DNA of 64,000 nt from Klebsormidium nitens (taxonomy: Eukaryota > Plantae > Klebsormidiophyceae). The stretch's first letter is position 1. Every line of letters starts with the position of its first letter. The position numbers were made by a program, and so were the translations under genes. Positions 1 through 15,035 of the stretch are shown piece by piece. The DNA is taken from assembly GCA_000708835.1 (NCBI GenBank), contig DF237136.1:94956-158955 (forward strand). Direction: 5' to 3'. Under the pieces are notes generated by a model, which worked only from the letters and a program-made list of their open reading frames with translations, had not been told where the DNA came from and did not search any database.

Positions 1-15
1 ACTCTTGAACTGTAG

Positions 16-449
16 CAAGTTGCAATGGAGGAGCATCTGAAGGGGAAATCACCAGAGGAGCGGTTGGCCTTCATCCAAAATGTGAGTTGCTTAGCTTCAT
101 CGGGACGTCAAGCTTGGACGTCAGTTCCGGATTGCTTGGCGCCTCGCAAATTGGGGGTGCCTGTAAGCAACATGGGCCCTCGATCTTGATTGAGACGAGT
201 CGATTGCACCCAGTGCTGAGTGGAAATTGTTGAGCTTTTTTAAGACACGTCCTCTTTCTACAGATGCAACGACAAATGCAACAAAGCAAGACGCAAACCG
301 GGGTAGGAGGGAACAATGTTGTAAGCCCTCAAGAGCAACTGCATTTCTTCCAACAGCAGTATGCACAGTCAGGGCCCTCTCAACCAAGCAGAGCAGCTTC
401 CTCTAGTGATAGGGCTCAGAACACAAGCAACGTGGTACAAAGACGGTAA
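16..449 (+). CDS. 3' end of an unidentified gene (last two exons, Gln-rich C-terminus); partial
   Basis: Exon 16-81 (QVAMEEHLKGKSPEERLAFIQN) follows a TGTAG acceptor. A phase-0 GT..AG intron at 82-263 joins it to 264-449 (MQRQMQQSK...VVQRR*). Confidence 0.6.
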
Positions 450-1725
450 CATGAGCATCGGGCTTTCAGTAGCGTCATGATCAGTCCGGAGTGTAAATAG
501 ACGTCAACTCGTTTTCGCCTGGAGCGGGTGTTAGATCCCGGGACCAACTTAAGTATCCATGCATGTTCACCCGGCAGTATGTAAATACTGACAGGTTCGC
601 GGGCTCGTCCCTGCCTATTACATGCAGGCGTGCTTCAGGTTGACCTAGAAATTGCGGATGTGGAACTTGGCATGGTGCTTATAGCGCATGATCTCCAAGT
701 AAAGGTAAGTTATAACCACGAATCTGCAGCTCGCAATACACATTATACATATATCAAATTTCCAGCTTTGTGATCGCGATATACTCAAGCTACTAAGGCT
801 CGTACATTGCACATGTTGGATTGCGTTGGCCGCCTGCATGATCGGTGCCATGTGCACCGCGAGCTTAGTGCGGCACTGAGCTCGGTGGCCCGCGCGTTCA
901 TCTGAAGTTGCAGCCGCCATGCCAGGGCCCTATATATATTGATGCAATTTGATCGGACTGTTAAGGCTCATATGCATCCATAAATTGAAAGGCATGTCAT
1001 GTGCAATACATGTGTCTTAGTAGGATTCTATTATAAGTAAGCCCATTCTCACTGTAGGATGCATGACTCGTAACTTGAAAACGGAAGTATAACACCGAAA
1101 ACGTGAATGGACCCACCTATACCGTATATGTGGGTATGATACCTGCTTTGCACCCATGTGCCGGCCCACTAAACCCCCTTGATTACTGACCTCACCCGTT
1201 CTGCCAGGTATATTCTGATGTCGTAAGCTTATACCTTCTAGCTAACCACTGACGAAGTGACCATTGCATGGCTACCATTGCCAAAGCTGTAGTAAGGTCC
1301 ATAGCTGACTCGAGATACATGGCAACATCAATACCGATGATTTACGAAGATCCGGTGTCTCACAATGAACCAATGCGACTCGCCAAAATTGGAATGAGGT
1401 CCCTAAGTTTGATACGAGTGGCAACATTGTACTGTCCCGCTGATTTTGATTGATAAGGTGTCTCTCATGTCTAATCGTGTTAGGTATGATACAATCGAGT
1501 CTCTAACCAAAGCCAAGTGGCCTTTAGCCTGGCGGTCATTGAGACTCTTTCAATCAGCCACTCGGACTACTTCCTCGACAAAAGTACCAATTTGCAAATC
1601 GAGTACAAAAGCGCGCATGACCGAGTTTAAGACCTCCACGTCAAGCAACGGACCAAGCATTCAACACAGGGGGATAAGCCAACTTCAGCTGTTTTCTTCC
1701 AGATAATTGGAGCACCAATTGTTAG

Positions 1726-4350
1726 CTACCTCCATGTTGGTGGGTACGGCGAGTACATGAGCAACTTCCTGGATCCAGGTGGGGTAAGCCCGGGGATTGG
1801 CCGGATGTTCTTGTTATTAGGATTCACAACCTGCAAAAACGTCTCCTTAGTTCAGCTTTAAGACCCTTAAAAGGGACCGCAAATCGAGGCTCAAAATCAA
1901 TGGGTCCAACAATACCGCCCTACACCACGACAACAGGACCAGGTGCTTTGATCACTTTGGCTAAGACCCGTAGACAAAACAGACCGTCAGCCAAGAGGAT
2001 ACAGCACAGTCTACAGTAGCCCTGAACTTAGTAGCAACCTGTATCTGCCCTTCTAACATCTACTAGAACCACCATCAACAGGCAGGGAAAAGTAACACAG
2101 TTGGCGGGTGGTATCCTACCTTGACTATGATGATAGCGATCACTCCAAGAAAGATGATGAAGAGGAAGAACATGATGCACCTGTCGGTTGCAATCTGCAA
2201 AAGTAGCATGAGGTTGAGAACGTGATTTACCCACATGCATCCAATATTTGACCACCTGTATTCCAATCATGTGAAGGAGCAAGGGCCAAAAGCTGAAGAA
2301 ACATCTGATGCAAAGTCAAAGACTGCACGCTCACCTTCGTCCATCCAGGGATGCAAGAAGACATCAAAACCTCGGCTCATTTGTTTGCTTTGTAGTCTCA
2401 CAAACATCAACCACGGTGCGACACAGCTCAAGTTTCAACATAAAGTTAACACTCTGATTCCTCAACATACCTTTTCCGGACAATGAACAGACCTTTGAGA
2501 AATTTTATGACTTACCTGTCTGCTGATTTCTTTCAAAAGATTGGCAGCCTTCTTTATAGAGAAGTGGATGGTGTCGAGATCATTGACTATTCGGCCCATT
2601 TGCTCTGTTTGGCCCTTCAATGTGACACCTGTCTGTGCACCGATGTTGATTGTGTCTTCCACGATCTGCAAGACAACCAAGTTGTCAAAGGAGCAACTAA
2701 GCCGCAGTGACTGGAGTACCCATCACTACATGGTGCGCTCACATCGCCGCACACTTACTGTAAACATTCTGGCCGCTGCAAGCATGCCAATAGACGCATT
2801 CAAATACACCGGCGGCGAAATACATCAACTCACTCTTCTTCCCCGGTCAATGGCTCTGTCAGTCTCGTCCATAGTTGCGTTCCCCCGCTCTATCAGCTCC
2901 TGATTGCTCATAGCTGCACAAAAAACTTACAACCTTACTTCAGCATGCCTTTGAATGAGAATCACCTTCAAAATGATGCTGTGGGCTCAGATCAAGGCAT
3001 CTCCCCATGGCATCTTCCCCATTGCAGCTCTCCACAAGCTATTAGCTTCAAACGACCTCCCCTGAAAATGTGTAGATTGCGTATCTGCATAAGGAGATGG
3101 TGCCCAAACAAAGCAGTATGCTTGTACAATCAAGCAGAACAACACATCTCCGTTTCCAACTTGAAAAGTGGAGAGCTCAATCATGCGAAATCATCTACGA
3201 AACCAAACCAGCTGCAAAAGGCATACCCATTGTTGTAGACTAGGTCAGGACAGGATGTTCCACCATTTAGTGAACACGAACCACCACAACTTTCAAGGGA
3301 ACAATGGAAAAGTAATTGGTTTCCCACTCGATGCTTTCTGAGGGCCATCGTCGGGTCCACCGTCCACTCCTCCTGCCCCATCAAGAAGCGCCGCTTTATT
3401 GTTGATTGTACCGGTGTACGTTTTCCTCAGGGCCACATAGGAGTTCAATTCCTTGATCTGCAGCACCGAAGCAACTGTGATAAGTGAAGCCCCTGAGAAG
3501 AGGGATGCTTCTTGTCTGCCACAAGCCAAATAGGAGAAGATCCCTCTGATGATGGGAACAGCAAAAATCTTGAAAGATACAGTGCCAATGAGGGCAGCAA
3601 GTCAAGTACGTGCAGACTCTGAATGATAGCTCCCAGTACGTGCGCAATTTTGGATGGTCCTCCCGCCAAAACAACCCGGTGTCTTCAATCTGGTCCTTAC
3701 CAGGGCTTGCTTTCGATCGTTCAAGGCCTTCGTCACACTCTCCGGATTGTTGGCCTCTTCCAGCTTAATCTCCCTATCGAAGTCTTTGATTAACCTGTCG
3801 GCGGATTGAGGGACACCATCAGTGCAAGGCCAACGACAGATCATATACTTCCGTTTCGTTCCACAATTCCTTAGGAACCAATTGCACCGCTAACCCTTCA
3901 TTCTATTAGCATAGTGCATCTCACATGCTTGGCACGATGTGCAAGAAGATAGACTTGTTTGACTGGAAATAATCACTGCAAACCAAACGGAAGAGAATCA
4001 CGTTGCACTGCACTGAGTGTGCATGGTGGCATCTTACCGTTTGCACTCACGCATCTTGGAGGTAAGATCTTCCAGCTGCTTGGCTTGTTTTCCAGGATCC
4101 TTTGTCTTGTCAAGCTTTTGGAAGCCAGTGCTGCAATCACAAAGTAAGGTGGGATCCTCTCCTTAAACTCCGAACCATTTTCATGACTTCAGTAGCAATA
4201 AGAAGCAACGTATGCACAGGACCTCAAATGCATCAAAACAAGCCTCATCAATCGACGCAGGAACACATACCTGAGAGCCTTGAAAAGCTGCTGCAGCTGC
4301 TTCTCCTGCTGCGACATCTCTTCTGTCTGTGCGCCCTCAGCCTGCGCCAT
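1726..4350 (-). CDS. NPSN: Novel plant SNARE (NPSN11/12/13 family, Qb-SNARE), multi-exon
   Basis: Spliced exons give MAQAEG..QLFKALS/TGFQKLDKTKD..LTSKMRECKR/LIKDFDREIK..NDRKQ/IKELNSYVALRK/MSNQELIERG/..QTEQMGRIVNDLDTIHFSIKKA/ATDRCIMFFLFIIFLGVIAIIIVK (TM)/VVNPNNKNIRPIPGL..*. This is collinear with Arabidopsis NPSN as I recall it. ATG at 4350, TAG at 1726-1728. Confidence 0.93.
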
Positions 4351-6179
4351 AAGTTCTGATTGCTTCCGCTGAGGGGATGCCAATAACCCCACCTGCACCA
4401 ATCACTGAGTGATTAGGACCTGATCGGGCGACAAGGTGCATTGCTACACCAACCCTGTAGCTCCATATATTTGGCTGTAGTGATCCTGACTTGACGGAGT
4501 ATCAACAGAGCCTTCCAAGACCTGCAAAAAACCGAAACCCATGTGTCGAAGAGAAAATGCACCCCATCTTATACAGAAAACAAAGGAGCCTTTGGTGGCT
4601 CGCTGCCCGCCAGAGAGACAGAAGCCACCCATTATTCCTTTGTAGCCTCACCTTTGTGGGGGATGGTACTGGGGGAGCCAGATTGTCTGTGGATGCTTTG
4701 CCACGGGTTCTAGGTGTCAGAAGTGCCTGGCCTTAGCAAAGGCCCAGATTGCGCAGGAGAAGCCTGGAAGCAGAGGTACCGGTATCCTGAAAGCGCCCTG
4801 GCTTCGTCTGTGCAGTGCTCCGAATTCGTGAAGACCAAGGACGAGGCTCTGAGTCTGAGTCCGAGTCTTCTTAATCTGAGCAAGCAAGCTTGACTAAGGC
4901 GACTCTGAAACATATGCGCGCGCGTCCGTTTGAAAGTATACGGTTTGATATGATTCGCAGTATCGCAGCCGTCCGTTGCACACGTCCATCCAATATGTGC
5001 TGTAAACGCTTTGAATCGTAAGAATCATTTATGATTCTGTACTAAATATTCTTATCTGCATGGAGTGTATTTTAAGGCCGCGAAGTAAGCCATATCATGC
5101 TACTATTAGGTGGCCGCGAGCTTCTACCTACCCGCGCTGTCTTGGCCCTGGGTAGATTGGCCGCGGCACGTGACTCATGGATTTCAAAGCTTGCGTACCA
5201 CAATGGTTGGTAAAACCGTCAGCACAAAGTCGCATCATATCAATGCGTATTAGTGTCATCCGACATTGATCGCGGATTAAAAGCGAGACGTGCGCATAGA
5301 AAAGCACAGGGCGGGCCCGCCATGCGCAGTCGCCACACGATGTCACGGTCACATGTACATATGAATGTGGACGCCTACAGAACTATACTTCCGGATCGAC
5401 TAGCTATAATAGTCGATTGTCACTCGCTTGAACCGACTCAAGGCCGCCTAAAGTTGTTCGCATGGTCTGTAGCTGATGAAATGATTGTTGAACTAAGTGA
5501 TCAAGGCGGCCAATCCTTTGCCTTGGCCGCCGTCCTAAGTCTCAGCTTCAACGGTCACACACAAGGTATTTCAGTCGGAGCTCCATGGAATTGCATGGAG
5601 TTCCAATACATGCTCGCAAATGATGGCCGTTCCAATATAACTATGACCAAAACTGTATACTTGAAGTGCCAATGGTGCCATGATGACGCGGCATGGCTGA
5701 TGCAAGCCCGAATGCAAGGAAAGGCTTCATCAACCCTTTGCAACTGACGCACTCTGGCTTTCCTTTCGGTGTAAGTTCCTTAAGCCGTCTAGAAGGTGAC
5801 TAGGTTCCACCCCTTCGAGAAACGCTCTATGACCCTCTGCCTTCGCCTACGCTCGCCAAACACGAAGATACTCAACATGGCTGTTGCATGACGGCAGCCC
5901 CCAAGACTGCATCAGACTGTCGACGCCGCGATCAGTGTACCACCACATGCTGGGCCAGAAGCGGCGTAAGCAGGAGCGGAAAGCCACGCACACCAATGAG
6001 AACGACACTGGCCACTACCTGCAAGCGGAGCAGCGATGACATGAAGTGATTGCAAGCTTTTTCCACAAACCTCTTAGCCAACCTCTTTTAAAGTTCGTTC
6101 AGAAGCAGAATGTGGACGAGCACAGAGTGCGCCTTCAGTAAGGCAGGTCGCACTTTCGCGTACGAAACATGCCTACCTC

Positions 6180-9100
6180 TCATCGTTGACTAAGTGGAGC
6201 GGCAGTGAAGATGGCAGCCGGACTTCCGGGGGTGGCGGCAGCGACCCGTGCCTTTTCTTGAGGCGTGACGGACGACAGAACACTCTCGTCGGAGGCGGGA
6301 TAGAAGTACACCTCCTCCAGGCCGACAGTTCGCTGCAGCCACGCAGGCAGGGACGTCAACTCTGCAACTCGTCGAAAGCAGCCAGGGGGATCATTGTACG
6401 GAACGTTCCTGAAGTCGCCGGTGATATCAGCCGATGTATTGAGATGGCAACCAAGACCCTTTGGAAACACTCCTGCTGCCAGTCAGAATGCAAACTGTGA
6501 CGTTAACATGACGTCATGCAAATTGTTCAGCTATCGTAATGCCAATCCCAATCAATTAGAACGTTTGTGGTTTGCTAGCAGCAACCAGGGTCTTCATCCG
6601 ACAAAAAGCTGTCAGAACAATGGGAGCCCTCCCATCCTGCAAGAATGAGCCTGCAACAAGGCGCCCGGGCAGGAGTTGGCTTTGGCGGCGGTCACCTTGA
6701 TGAGCTCCTGGTTGTCCTGCAGCACGGCGGCCTCGTCGAAGGGCAGCTTGGACTCGAGCACCTGCGGCCCGATGCGCACCGCCTCGGCCTGCTTGAACTT
6801 GAGGAACGGCATGCACTGCTTCATCACCGCCTTGAAGTCCGCGCGCTGCCCCACCTCGCTGCCCTTCACGGCCGCCATCAGCTCGGCGTCGCCCGGGAAC
6901 GTCTTGCTGCCCGGGTCGAACTTGGAGGCCAGGATGGTCAGGCACGTCTCCTGCAGCGGAAAGGGAAACTGAGGCTCGGGACACCTCTCAAAGCAGCGAG
7001 CCGACTCGTGGTGCCCATACGTGATAGACGGCCGTGACAGACAACAAAAGAGGCGGCTCGCTCCTCGGTCGAATCAGCTTGTGCAATGAGAGGTGATGCC
7101 CGTTTTCATTCGGCGTGGCCTCTTTAGCACAAAGCGGTTGCCCGAAGCGTTCGCAGCAGCCGTGCATACAGCAGTGGCTCAGAGGCCGCTGGAGTCTGAT
7201 CAATGACGCACCTGCCAGCCACCAAACTTCTCGGCGATGAAGATGCTCCCCACAGTGAACTTCACCGGGGCTGCCGGGGGCTCGGCCCCCTTCTTGGGCG
7301 CCTTTTTGGGCGGCGCGAGGTGCTTGGCGAGCAGCTTGCGCAGGTCGACAATGACCTCCTGCAGGTACGCGTTGGCTCGCTGCAGCGTCACGTCCGGCGG
7401 GGACGCCGCGGGCCAGCCCGCCACCAGCACCGACCCGGGCTTGTGGAGGAGCGTGCGCCACACGTGGTCCGCAAAGTGGGGGCAGAACTGGGCACGAGCA
7501 ATACAGAACGGGTGAGCGGAATAGAGGACAAACAAGGAACGTTGGCGTCTTCGAAGGCCGTGCATCATTTACACGGGCGACTTGGTGTCTTCACTCGGGT
7601 TCAAATAACAGCTACACTCGCACCGTAACGAAGCTGCGTAGGCGATGTCTGGAGAATGCAGAGCCAACGATCTCTCAGCGAGAACATATTCCAGTATGCA
7701 CGCTAATTCAGGGGTAGTCCGCGTCGTTCTGCTGACTACAAGGCTGTGCACAGTGACTGCCGTTCTCCTGGAGCGTCCGCTACTTACTGGGGTGATGAGC
7801 AGGGTCTGCATCTCGATGAAGCGCCGCGCGAGGTCGGCGTGCATGCCGGCGGCCCCGCAGCTGACGCGGTACTCGTCGCGCGCGTTCTGCGGGTCGTACC
7901 AGCCAGACTTGAGCGCCTCCCGGAACATGAGCGCCTCGTAGTGCCGCTCCGTCTCGGTGACCGCCACGTCCATCTCGTTGCTGAATACGCGGTCCGCAAA
8001 CGCGAAAGGACCCGACCGCAGCGCGCCCTGCGACAGTGCGGCCAGCGTCTCCTCCATCCACGCCAGTTCCCTGGGAAACAGGAGAAGAAGGAGTGAATCG
8101 TTAGGGGGCGAAGAGACAGCCGCGGGTTCGCATGTACGACGCATGCTCGGGCTGACTTCAGAAAGGCGCCCTCTTTGGTGCTTGGAACAAGATCGACAGG
8201 GGAAACCCTACTGCTTTTGAAATAAGCAAACTGAAGCACAGATCGGCGCACTCATCCCAGCAAGTGGCGCGGCTGCGCAGTGGGCCTCACTTGGTAAGGC
8301 TAAGAATCGCTGCGTTGGCGGTGTTCTCCACAAAGTTGGCGTCGTCCATGGTGTCGCCCGCGTCCGCCAGGGCGAAGCGGGTGCCGTCGGCGGAGTACTC
8401 CTCTGCCACAACGCAGCAATGGCACGATCAGCAACGGGGATCAGGGGCGCCTCAATTCAACAAGAGGACACGAGAAGGCGCTGCCGAGACACGGTACCTG
8501 TTTGCGATCCACGCAGACTGATTAGCAAAAAGCATTCTTACGATCTTCTCTTCTTTACGGGTGCCTCCTTCATACAGTCACTTGGTACAGCATTTGAGCA
8601 AGACGTGAGCGAGACGTACCGACGGCCTCTTTGAGGGTCTTGAAGTTGCCGGTGGACTTGGACATCTTCTCCGAGTTGAGCATCAGGTGGCCGTTGCTGC
8701 GGAAGCCGAGGGGCCACTTGTCCTGCGACGCCGGGCAAACACGCGTCAAGGCAAAGGCTCTTCCCCTGGCGGCTGGAAACCTGGCCTGGAAGCAGACAGA
8801 GCTCGCCAAACCATAGGGGTCACACAAGACGTGATCGTCGAAGCGACAGAAGGGCCAGACCAACCCAGTAAAGAAACCAAACAAGCCAGCATCCGTAGAT
8901 AGAACTGACAGTAGATCCAACATTTAAGCGCGGAGAGCACAAGGCCGTGTATCCTGGTGCTGCCCACGTGAGTGACACGCGGCTTTAAGCGGCCGCCGGG
9001 CTGACCTCGGGAAAGATGGCGGTGTGGTTGTAGAGCGCGAAGGTGAGATGATTCTGGATGAGGTCCTTGCCCGACACTCGCAGGTTGAAGGGGTACCAAA

Positions 9101-12100
9101 ACTGGAACTCCTGCCGCATAGCCTGCACCCGCGCACGGCCGACAGTGAGAAGCATGGCAGGCAAAGTGCCGCAACAGTAGTGACGGCCTGGCGACGAGAC
9201 AGGCACGGCCCTGCCAGCTTTCAGGAGGTGTCCAGCAGAGTTCGAATTCGACTTCAAGCGCGGCGCTTTCTCAAAAGAGCCGATTCAAACGAGCAGAGCA
9301 CCAAAAAACCCAACGCCGTGCTTCCTCGAAACACTGGAGCGTCATCCGACTCGTTTGGCCCGGACCTTGAGGAGCGCGGGGTCGATGTCCGCCTGCGGCT
9401 GCGGCCCGTCCAGGAAGATGAAGTCCCACACCGCGTCCGTCATCTGGTCCGCGCGCACTGCGCCCTTGCCCCGCCCGTAGATATCACCGTCCTGGACAGA
9501 CCGCCAACGCTTGAGGACGAGGCAGGCTTCCAGACAGCGGACATTAAAACCTGACGTTCGCTCCGGCTGGTCTACAAAAGCAAGCCGCTTCTTCTACATT
9601 ACGAAGCCGCATCCAAATCCTCCCTTGGCAGCTTGCAACGAGTACAGGCAGTCGTATCCCCGGACAAAATTATGTCCAGTCCAGCAAGAGAGTGCAAGAA
9701 CGCCAAGTGTGCGCATGACTGTCGCCGCACCGGCCAGGCTGGGGGCGCGTACCTGCAGGAAGTGTGCTACGGTGTAGTAGGCCATGTAGATGGTGGAGTC
9801 GGAGAGCGACTCAATGAGGTACTCGGGGTCCCATGGCAGGCGGCTGCCCAGCCCGAAGGAGCGCGAGCACGCCCACTGGTTCAGCCAGCTCAGCGTGTGC
9901 TCGAACGAGTGGCGCGCCTCGTCGCTGAACAGATTCATGCGCGCCAGGCACCGCTCCACGCGCGCCCGCCACTCAGGCTCGCCGTACGTCAGGTACCTGC
10001 ACCGAAAGCAGACCGAGCGCATTCTTCTTGAGGACTTCTTGAGGACGAATGAACATCACAGGGGATCCCCTGCGAGAAATACTGGTCCCCAGGAGATTCA
10101 AAGTACTAAGCTTGATAGTGGGGGTCTGCACTTTCGTGATCGAAGTAAGTTTTTGATTTCAAGTGCACGCTCGCTCTGGCGTTTCCAGGAACGAAGGCCG
10201 CCTGCAATACCTACTTGCAGCCTGTCATCTTGCTGACACCACACTCCCGCAACACGTGCCACAGAGTAGCCAACGATTCAGTCCTGAGTTGGGAAGCTAA
10301 GAAAATCGACACGAGAGGACGGCGATAACCAATGCACGAAAGATAGGAGCTTAAGGAAAGTTCCGCGGGTCTGCCGTTTGCGCGTGCCTCACCACTGGTC
10401 GGTGAGCGCGACAACGCACTCGTCCCCGGACCGCGAGACGACCTTCTTCTCGGGCTCGCTGTACAGGATGGCCCGCCCCGTCTCCACCAGCTCCTTCCGG
10501 ATCAGCGGCTTCGCGTCCTGCACGCGCGCGCCGGCGTGCGGGCCCACCAGCAGCGTGCCCTCCGTGAAACCCTGGCCACCGCGAGATGGACAGAGGCATC
10601 AGGCATGGTTCGAGCATGAACCCTGTCGTTGATCCATTGTGGACTAGCATTTGTATACGACTTGATAATCGGAACACCTGAATTTTGTAAACGCCCTCTC
10701 TCAAAGAGCTGGCTGTACACAAACAACGAGAGAAAGTGAACGACACAACCCGGGGCTAGCCCTCTTTCTCCACGCATGAGCACATCAAGAATGGTTCCGT
10801 GGCAGGTCGCGGTGGCCTCCCTGGCTGGGCCTGACCTTGAGGTAGGTGAGCCGCTTGGCCTCGGCGAGCTTGTCCTTGTCGTTCTGGGACTGGATCTTGA
10901 GCTGCTTGCACACGGCCTCGGCGGACTTGTCGCCGAACTCGGGGATGTTGATGATGGGCACCACCTCAAACGGCAGCACCCACTCGTCGCGCACGCCGTA
11001 CTTCTCACGCAGGGCTGCCGGTAAAAACACAGCCCAAATCGGGGTAAGCACCGGTCCAGAGTCATGCCAACGATCCATCTGAGAATCGCCCAAGATTTAT
11101 CCGAGGCTGCTCTTTGCTTCGCTGTAGTTCCGGCGGTCATAAGACAGTATTTGAGAACAGCTCGGAAACTTCATCGCACAGCCTCCAAGGGCGCTCTGCC
11201 TGACAAACGTCACATTACTCCCATCCAATCTGAAGTTCTCGAATCAAGAGCGATGTTCACTCAAGGTATGACAGCGCAAATTGCAGACACACACCGTTTT
11301 CTCGGACTGTCGCGCTCACGTTTCTTCTTCTTGAGGTCTTCCAGCGTGGCGTAGTCGTCGGGGGAGTCGCTGGGCACGGACGTGACGACGCCGGTGCCCT
11401 TGTCCATGAGGATGGTCAGCATGGGCAGGCAGTAGATCACCTCGTTCACCGCCAGCGGCGACCGCAGCGCCGTGCCAATCAGCTCCGTCCCCGTCACCGA
11501 CACCAGCTGCCGCGGCTCCCCGCGCACCTGGTGACAAGAAGGCGGGTCAGCCCGGGCCGATCAAAGACCGGCGCAAGCGGGCGGGAGCGTTGCCAGGTCG
11601 AAAGCGAGAGACGTGTGACCTCCTCTCAAGTAAGGAGTTTACGGTTTACTGCCAATTTTGCAGAAGAAGGGCATTAGCAGCCCGGATCGCCAAATTCTCA
11701 AGACACAGAGCCCATTCTTTGACACATTCTTCTTGTGGTTTACACGAATTTGCGTCAGCAAGCTTCGCAAAATGGATTTAACACGCTGAAACGTCGCCTC
11801 GCATGACCCATGACTACATCGAGGCGACTTGTAACCAAATACGTTTACCCTATCTAATAAGCGCACTTCGAGCCGATCCGCCTGACCTTGGAGTAGTTCT
11901 GGTACGACAGGTTGAGCGCCGCCCTTTTCGCAACGACGAACACCTCCTCGTCGTTGATCTCGAATGCGCCGTACTCCCCGTCTGGCAGCACCCACGCGTT
12001 GGTCTGGCCATACATCGTCTCCGGCCGCAGGGTCGCGGCTGCCAGGTACACGCGCTTGCCCGCACAGGCAGCCAGCTTCCCTGACAGGAAGAGCCGACAC

Positions 12101-14577
12101 GTCACTATGAAAAAACTTCCCCAGCAAGGCTAGAGTAGTGCTTGCGTTCATGTACGGAGTCAATATTTTCCAGAGTCAATGAGCAGTAATATGAGGCCCC
12201 TCCCTGGACCCTGTCAACAAGCCCGTTGAGTGGGGGAAATTTCGGCAAACGAAAAACCCCTTTCCTTCTTGTCCTAGCCAGCTCTACGAGATCTGCTCCT
12301 TTCGAATTTCGCAAGATTGGCACGGCGTAAACATATGCTCGGACTTTCAGAAACCACAAAAAGTTATCGTGAGCCTGGCAATCTGCGTCAGCAGTGCAAG
12401 AAAATTTTCGCCAGGGGAAAATTTCCGTTCCGAACGGCCTAGCGCTTGTCTCTGCCGCTGACCTGAGAGGGGCGGGATGACCTCCATCTTGATGAGCGTG
12501 TACTCCTGCGGCTGCACGCCCTCCCCCGACGCACGGTCATGGTCCGCGCAGGGCTGCTTGTCGAGCGGAGAAAAGATGGCGTACCGGTTGTCCTTGACCA
12601 CCCGGCCCTGCTTGTACAGCGTCGTCAGGTGCCACCGCACAAACGAGTCATAGTACGGGTTCACGTCTGTGGTGATAAACGAACGCCGCCAGTCCACGCC
12701 CAGCCCAAATGCCTTCAGGTCGTCCTACAAAAGCCAACCGGGAGGACCGCTGAGTTTGTTAAGGCGGATCATTTTCTGGGGACCAACGACAACCCACACT
12801 AGGGTGAAGGGCATTTGCAGGCGGATCGTCGCCCCGAAAGGGCCGACCCCTGCTGGTGGAGCCAGACATTTTGATCACAAGGATTCCTGTCCCACCAACA
12901 CACACCGTCCTCTGTATGAACAGTATTCAATTTCACAAGTGGAATCGCAAAACTTGGCTCGAAGCAAAGGGGATGCTGGTGCCATCACAAGAGAAGCCTT
13001 TGGCACTATCGAATGCTGCTCGTAGGTATATCCTGGTCTAGCCAGTGTTCGTTAGACTTACGATGGCCAGTGGCGGAAAGTACTCGAGCCAGAAGTTGGC
13101 GTCCCGGAAGCGTGCAATCTCGTCGTCCTTGAGCCCCAGCGATTGCATAATCTGCCATTGGTACTTGGCGGTCCCGCTCTTGGCCGCAGCCTTGGACTGC
13201 ACATGACGAGGTGGACCCGAAGATAAGAGGAGGCTGGCTGGCGACACAACTCAAATTGTCTCTTCCCAGGTCGTTTTCACACTTCAAGGCCATCCTTAAA
13301 AAGTTCGCACAGAATCCGAGGTTAGAAACTTCGTTCCACCCGGTGCTCCGATGTCGACCCCTCCTGCAAACTGGCATGGCATGGTCGTTCACCTTCTTGG
13401 TCTTGAACTTGGTGGGGTCCGCCGTGCTCTCCTGCGCCTGCTTGTTTGCAGCCTCTGTCTTGGCGGCCTCCTCCTCTGCTTGCTCCTGCTCTGTAGGGAA
13501 CTGGGGGGGCAGCCCAAATATGGTGATCTCGCGCTCCAGCTTGTCCGCACATGCCTGCACTCCGAGTCAACCAGCTATGATGGAAATATGTCACTGCCTT
13601 TCATTAACGACACCCCTCCAACATAAAACACTCCTCGAATAGGTGCTGCACCAGCAAACGCTCCAACCACTGTCGAACCCAAAGGCAGGGCACAGCATAC
13701 AAGTGGATTTCAAGTCCAAGGAAGGCATCGGACACATACCATGTCGGTAGCACGAGCGTTTCGGAAGAGATAAAGCAGGGAACCAGAGGTCATGTGGGCC
13801 TGATCCTCACCTTGATTGGCATGCCCGTGCAGTGAAATCCAAACGGAAACAGCACTTTCTTCCCACGCAGGCGGTGGTAGGCAGTGGCAAACTCAGCCTG
13901 AGGGCACAAACACTTAATCAGGTAGGTAGAGCAATCGGAAGTACACTAGACATATTTTCACTCCGTACATATGACGCTTGCAAGGACCAACTGGATCATA
14001 AGACAGCATTGAACTGTCTCCCGATGAAATCTTTCAACAGAAAGGGAGCCAACCACTTATGCGAAGCACTGCATTTCATAGATTTTCAACCGCACCACCG
14101 TTTTATGACAAGCACCACTGATTGTGAGTGGGGCGCTTACTTTGGAGATGGTGAAAGCATGCCCCAGATGGAGCAGGCCATTCATGTAAGGATATGGGAA
14201 GTTCGCAAAGTACTTGTTTTCGGGGTCTGCCTCCTCCGGCGCAGTCTCCTCGAATGCTTTCTCTTGTTCCCATCGAGCCTGCGCCTCTGCCTGGATCTTC
14301 ACCAGCGTGTCGCGGCGCACTCGAGATCCCTGGAAAGAGAGACGAAACTGGAACGAATGATGTTCCAACTTTCAATAACAACGCACTCATTCCTCATCAC
14401 TGTCCGCCACAACATTGCATAGTAGTATCCGGACAGTAAAACTGAAGCTCGATATACTATGACAAAAGCGCAGGACACACTTTTCGCCATGCTCTTATCG
14501 TGATGTCAGGTCGACAACTGCATTTGCGCTGGCATGATTGCCAATCTTACCCCCTTTTCGCCCGCCTTTTCCGCCAT
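6180..14577 (-). CDS. LARS1: Cytosolic (eukaryote-type) leucyl-tRNA synthetase, multi-exon
   Basis: Class Ia motifs [14 protein letters not shown] (~14150) and [12 protein letters not shown] (~8650), plus [10 protein letters not shown] and the editing-domain motifs [12 protein letters not shown] and [16 protein letters not shown]. First exon MAEKAGEKG starts at 14577; TGA at 6180-6182. Confidence 0.97.
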
Positions 14578-15035
14578 CGTGCTGCTTCACAACACACAAC
14601 CAACTCTTAATCTTGCAGCCTCTGCCACAGGGCCCTTAGGCTTTTGTTCTGCAGCAACCGCTGCTCCAAAATTTTCAGGAGTATCTACTAAGACTTTAAC
14701 GTGCTCAATGCGGTCGAGGGCTTGCAGCCGCCGTTGGCTGCTGGCACCCGTGCCGGAGGGACTGCCTTCAACGGACGCAGGTCTGTACGTTTTACGGCTC
14801 TGGCCCCTGGGTAGTACGAGCATCCATTATCGTAACTTTACGCCTTTACCGCCTGAAACTGCACCGCACTAGTTGCCAGCTCATTGCAGGTCCTGGGCAG
14901 AGCTAGACCCTTCAAGTTCTCTATCCGCATTTGGTATGGTTCAGGACGCTATTTGAGGCTCACAACACATTTGCCTTGTCGTCTTTCTTAGTCTGCATGA
15001 TTACAAGTTACTTCATTCAGCAGCTGATTGGCCAC

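Noticed and set aside
5253-5747. 164-aa intergenic ORF
   Set aside because: No recognisable motif, no host-like codon bias and no splice context; plausible as a chance ORF.
6556-13642. Many long overlapping or antisense ORFs across LARS1 (and similarly over APS, DOK1, the coiled-coil gene and gag)
   Set aside because: They are shadow ORFs caused by GC3-rich codons on the true strand.
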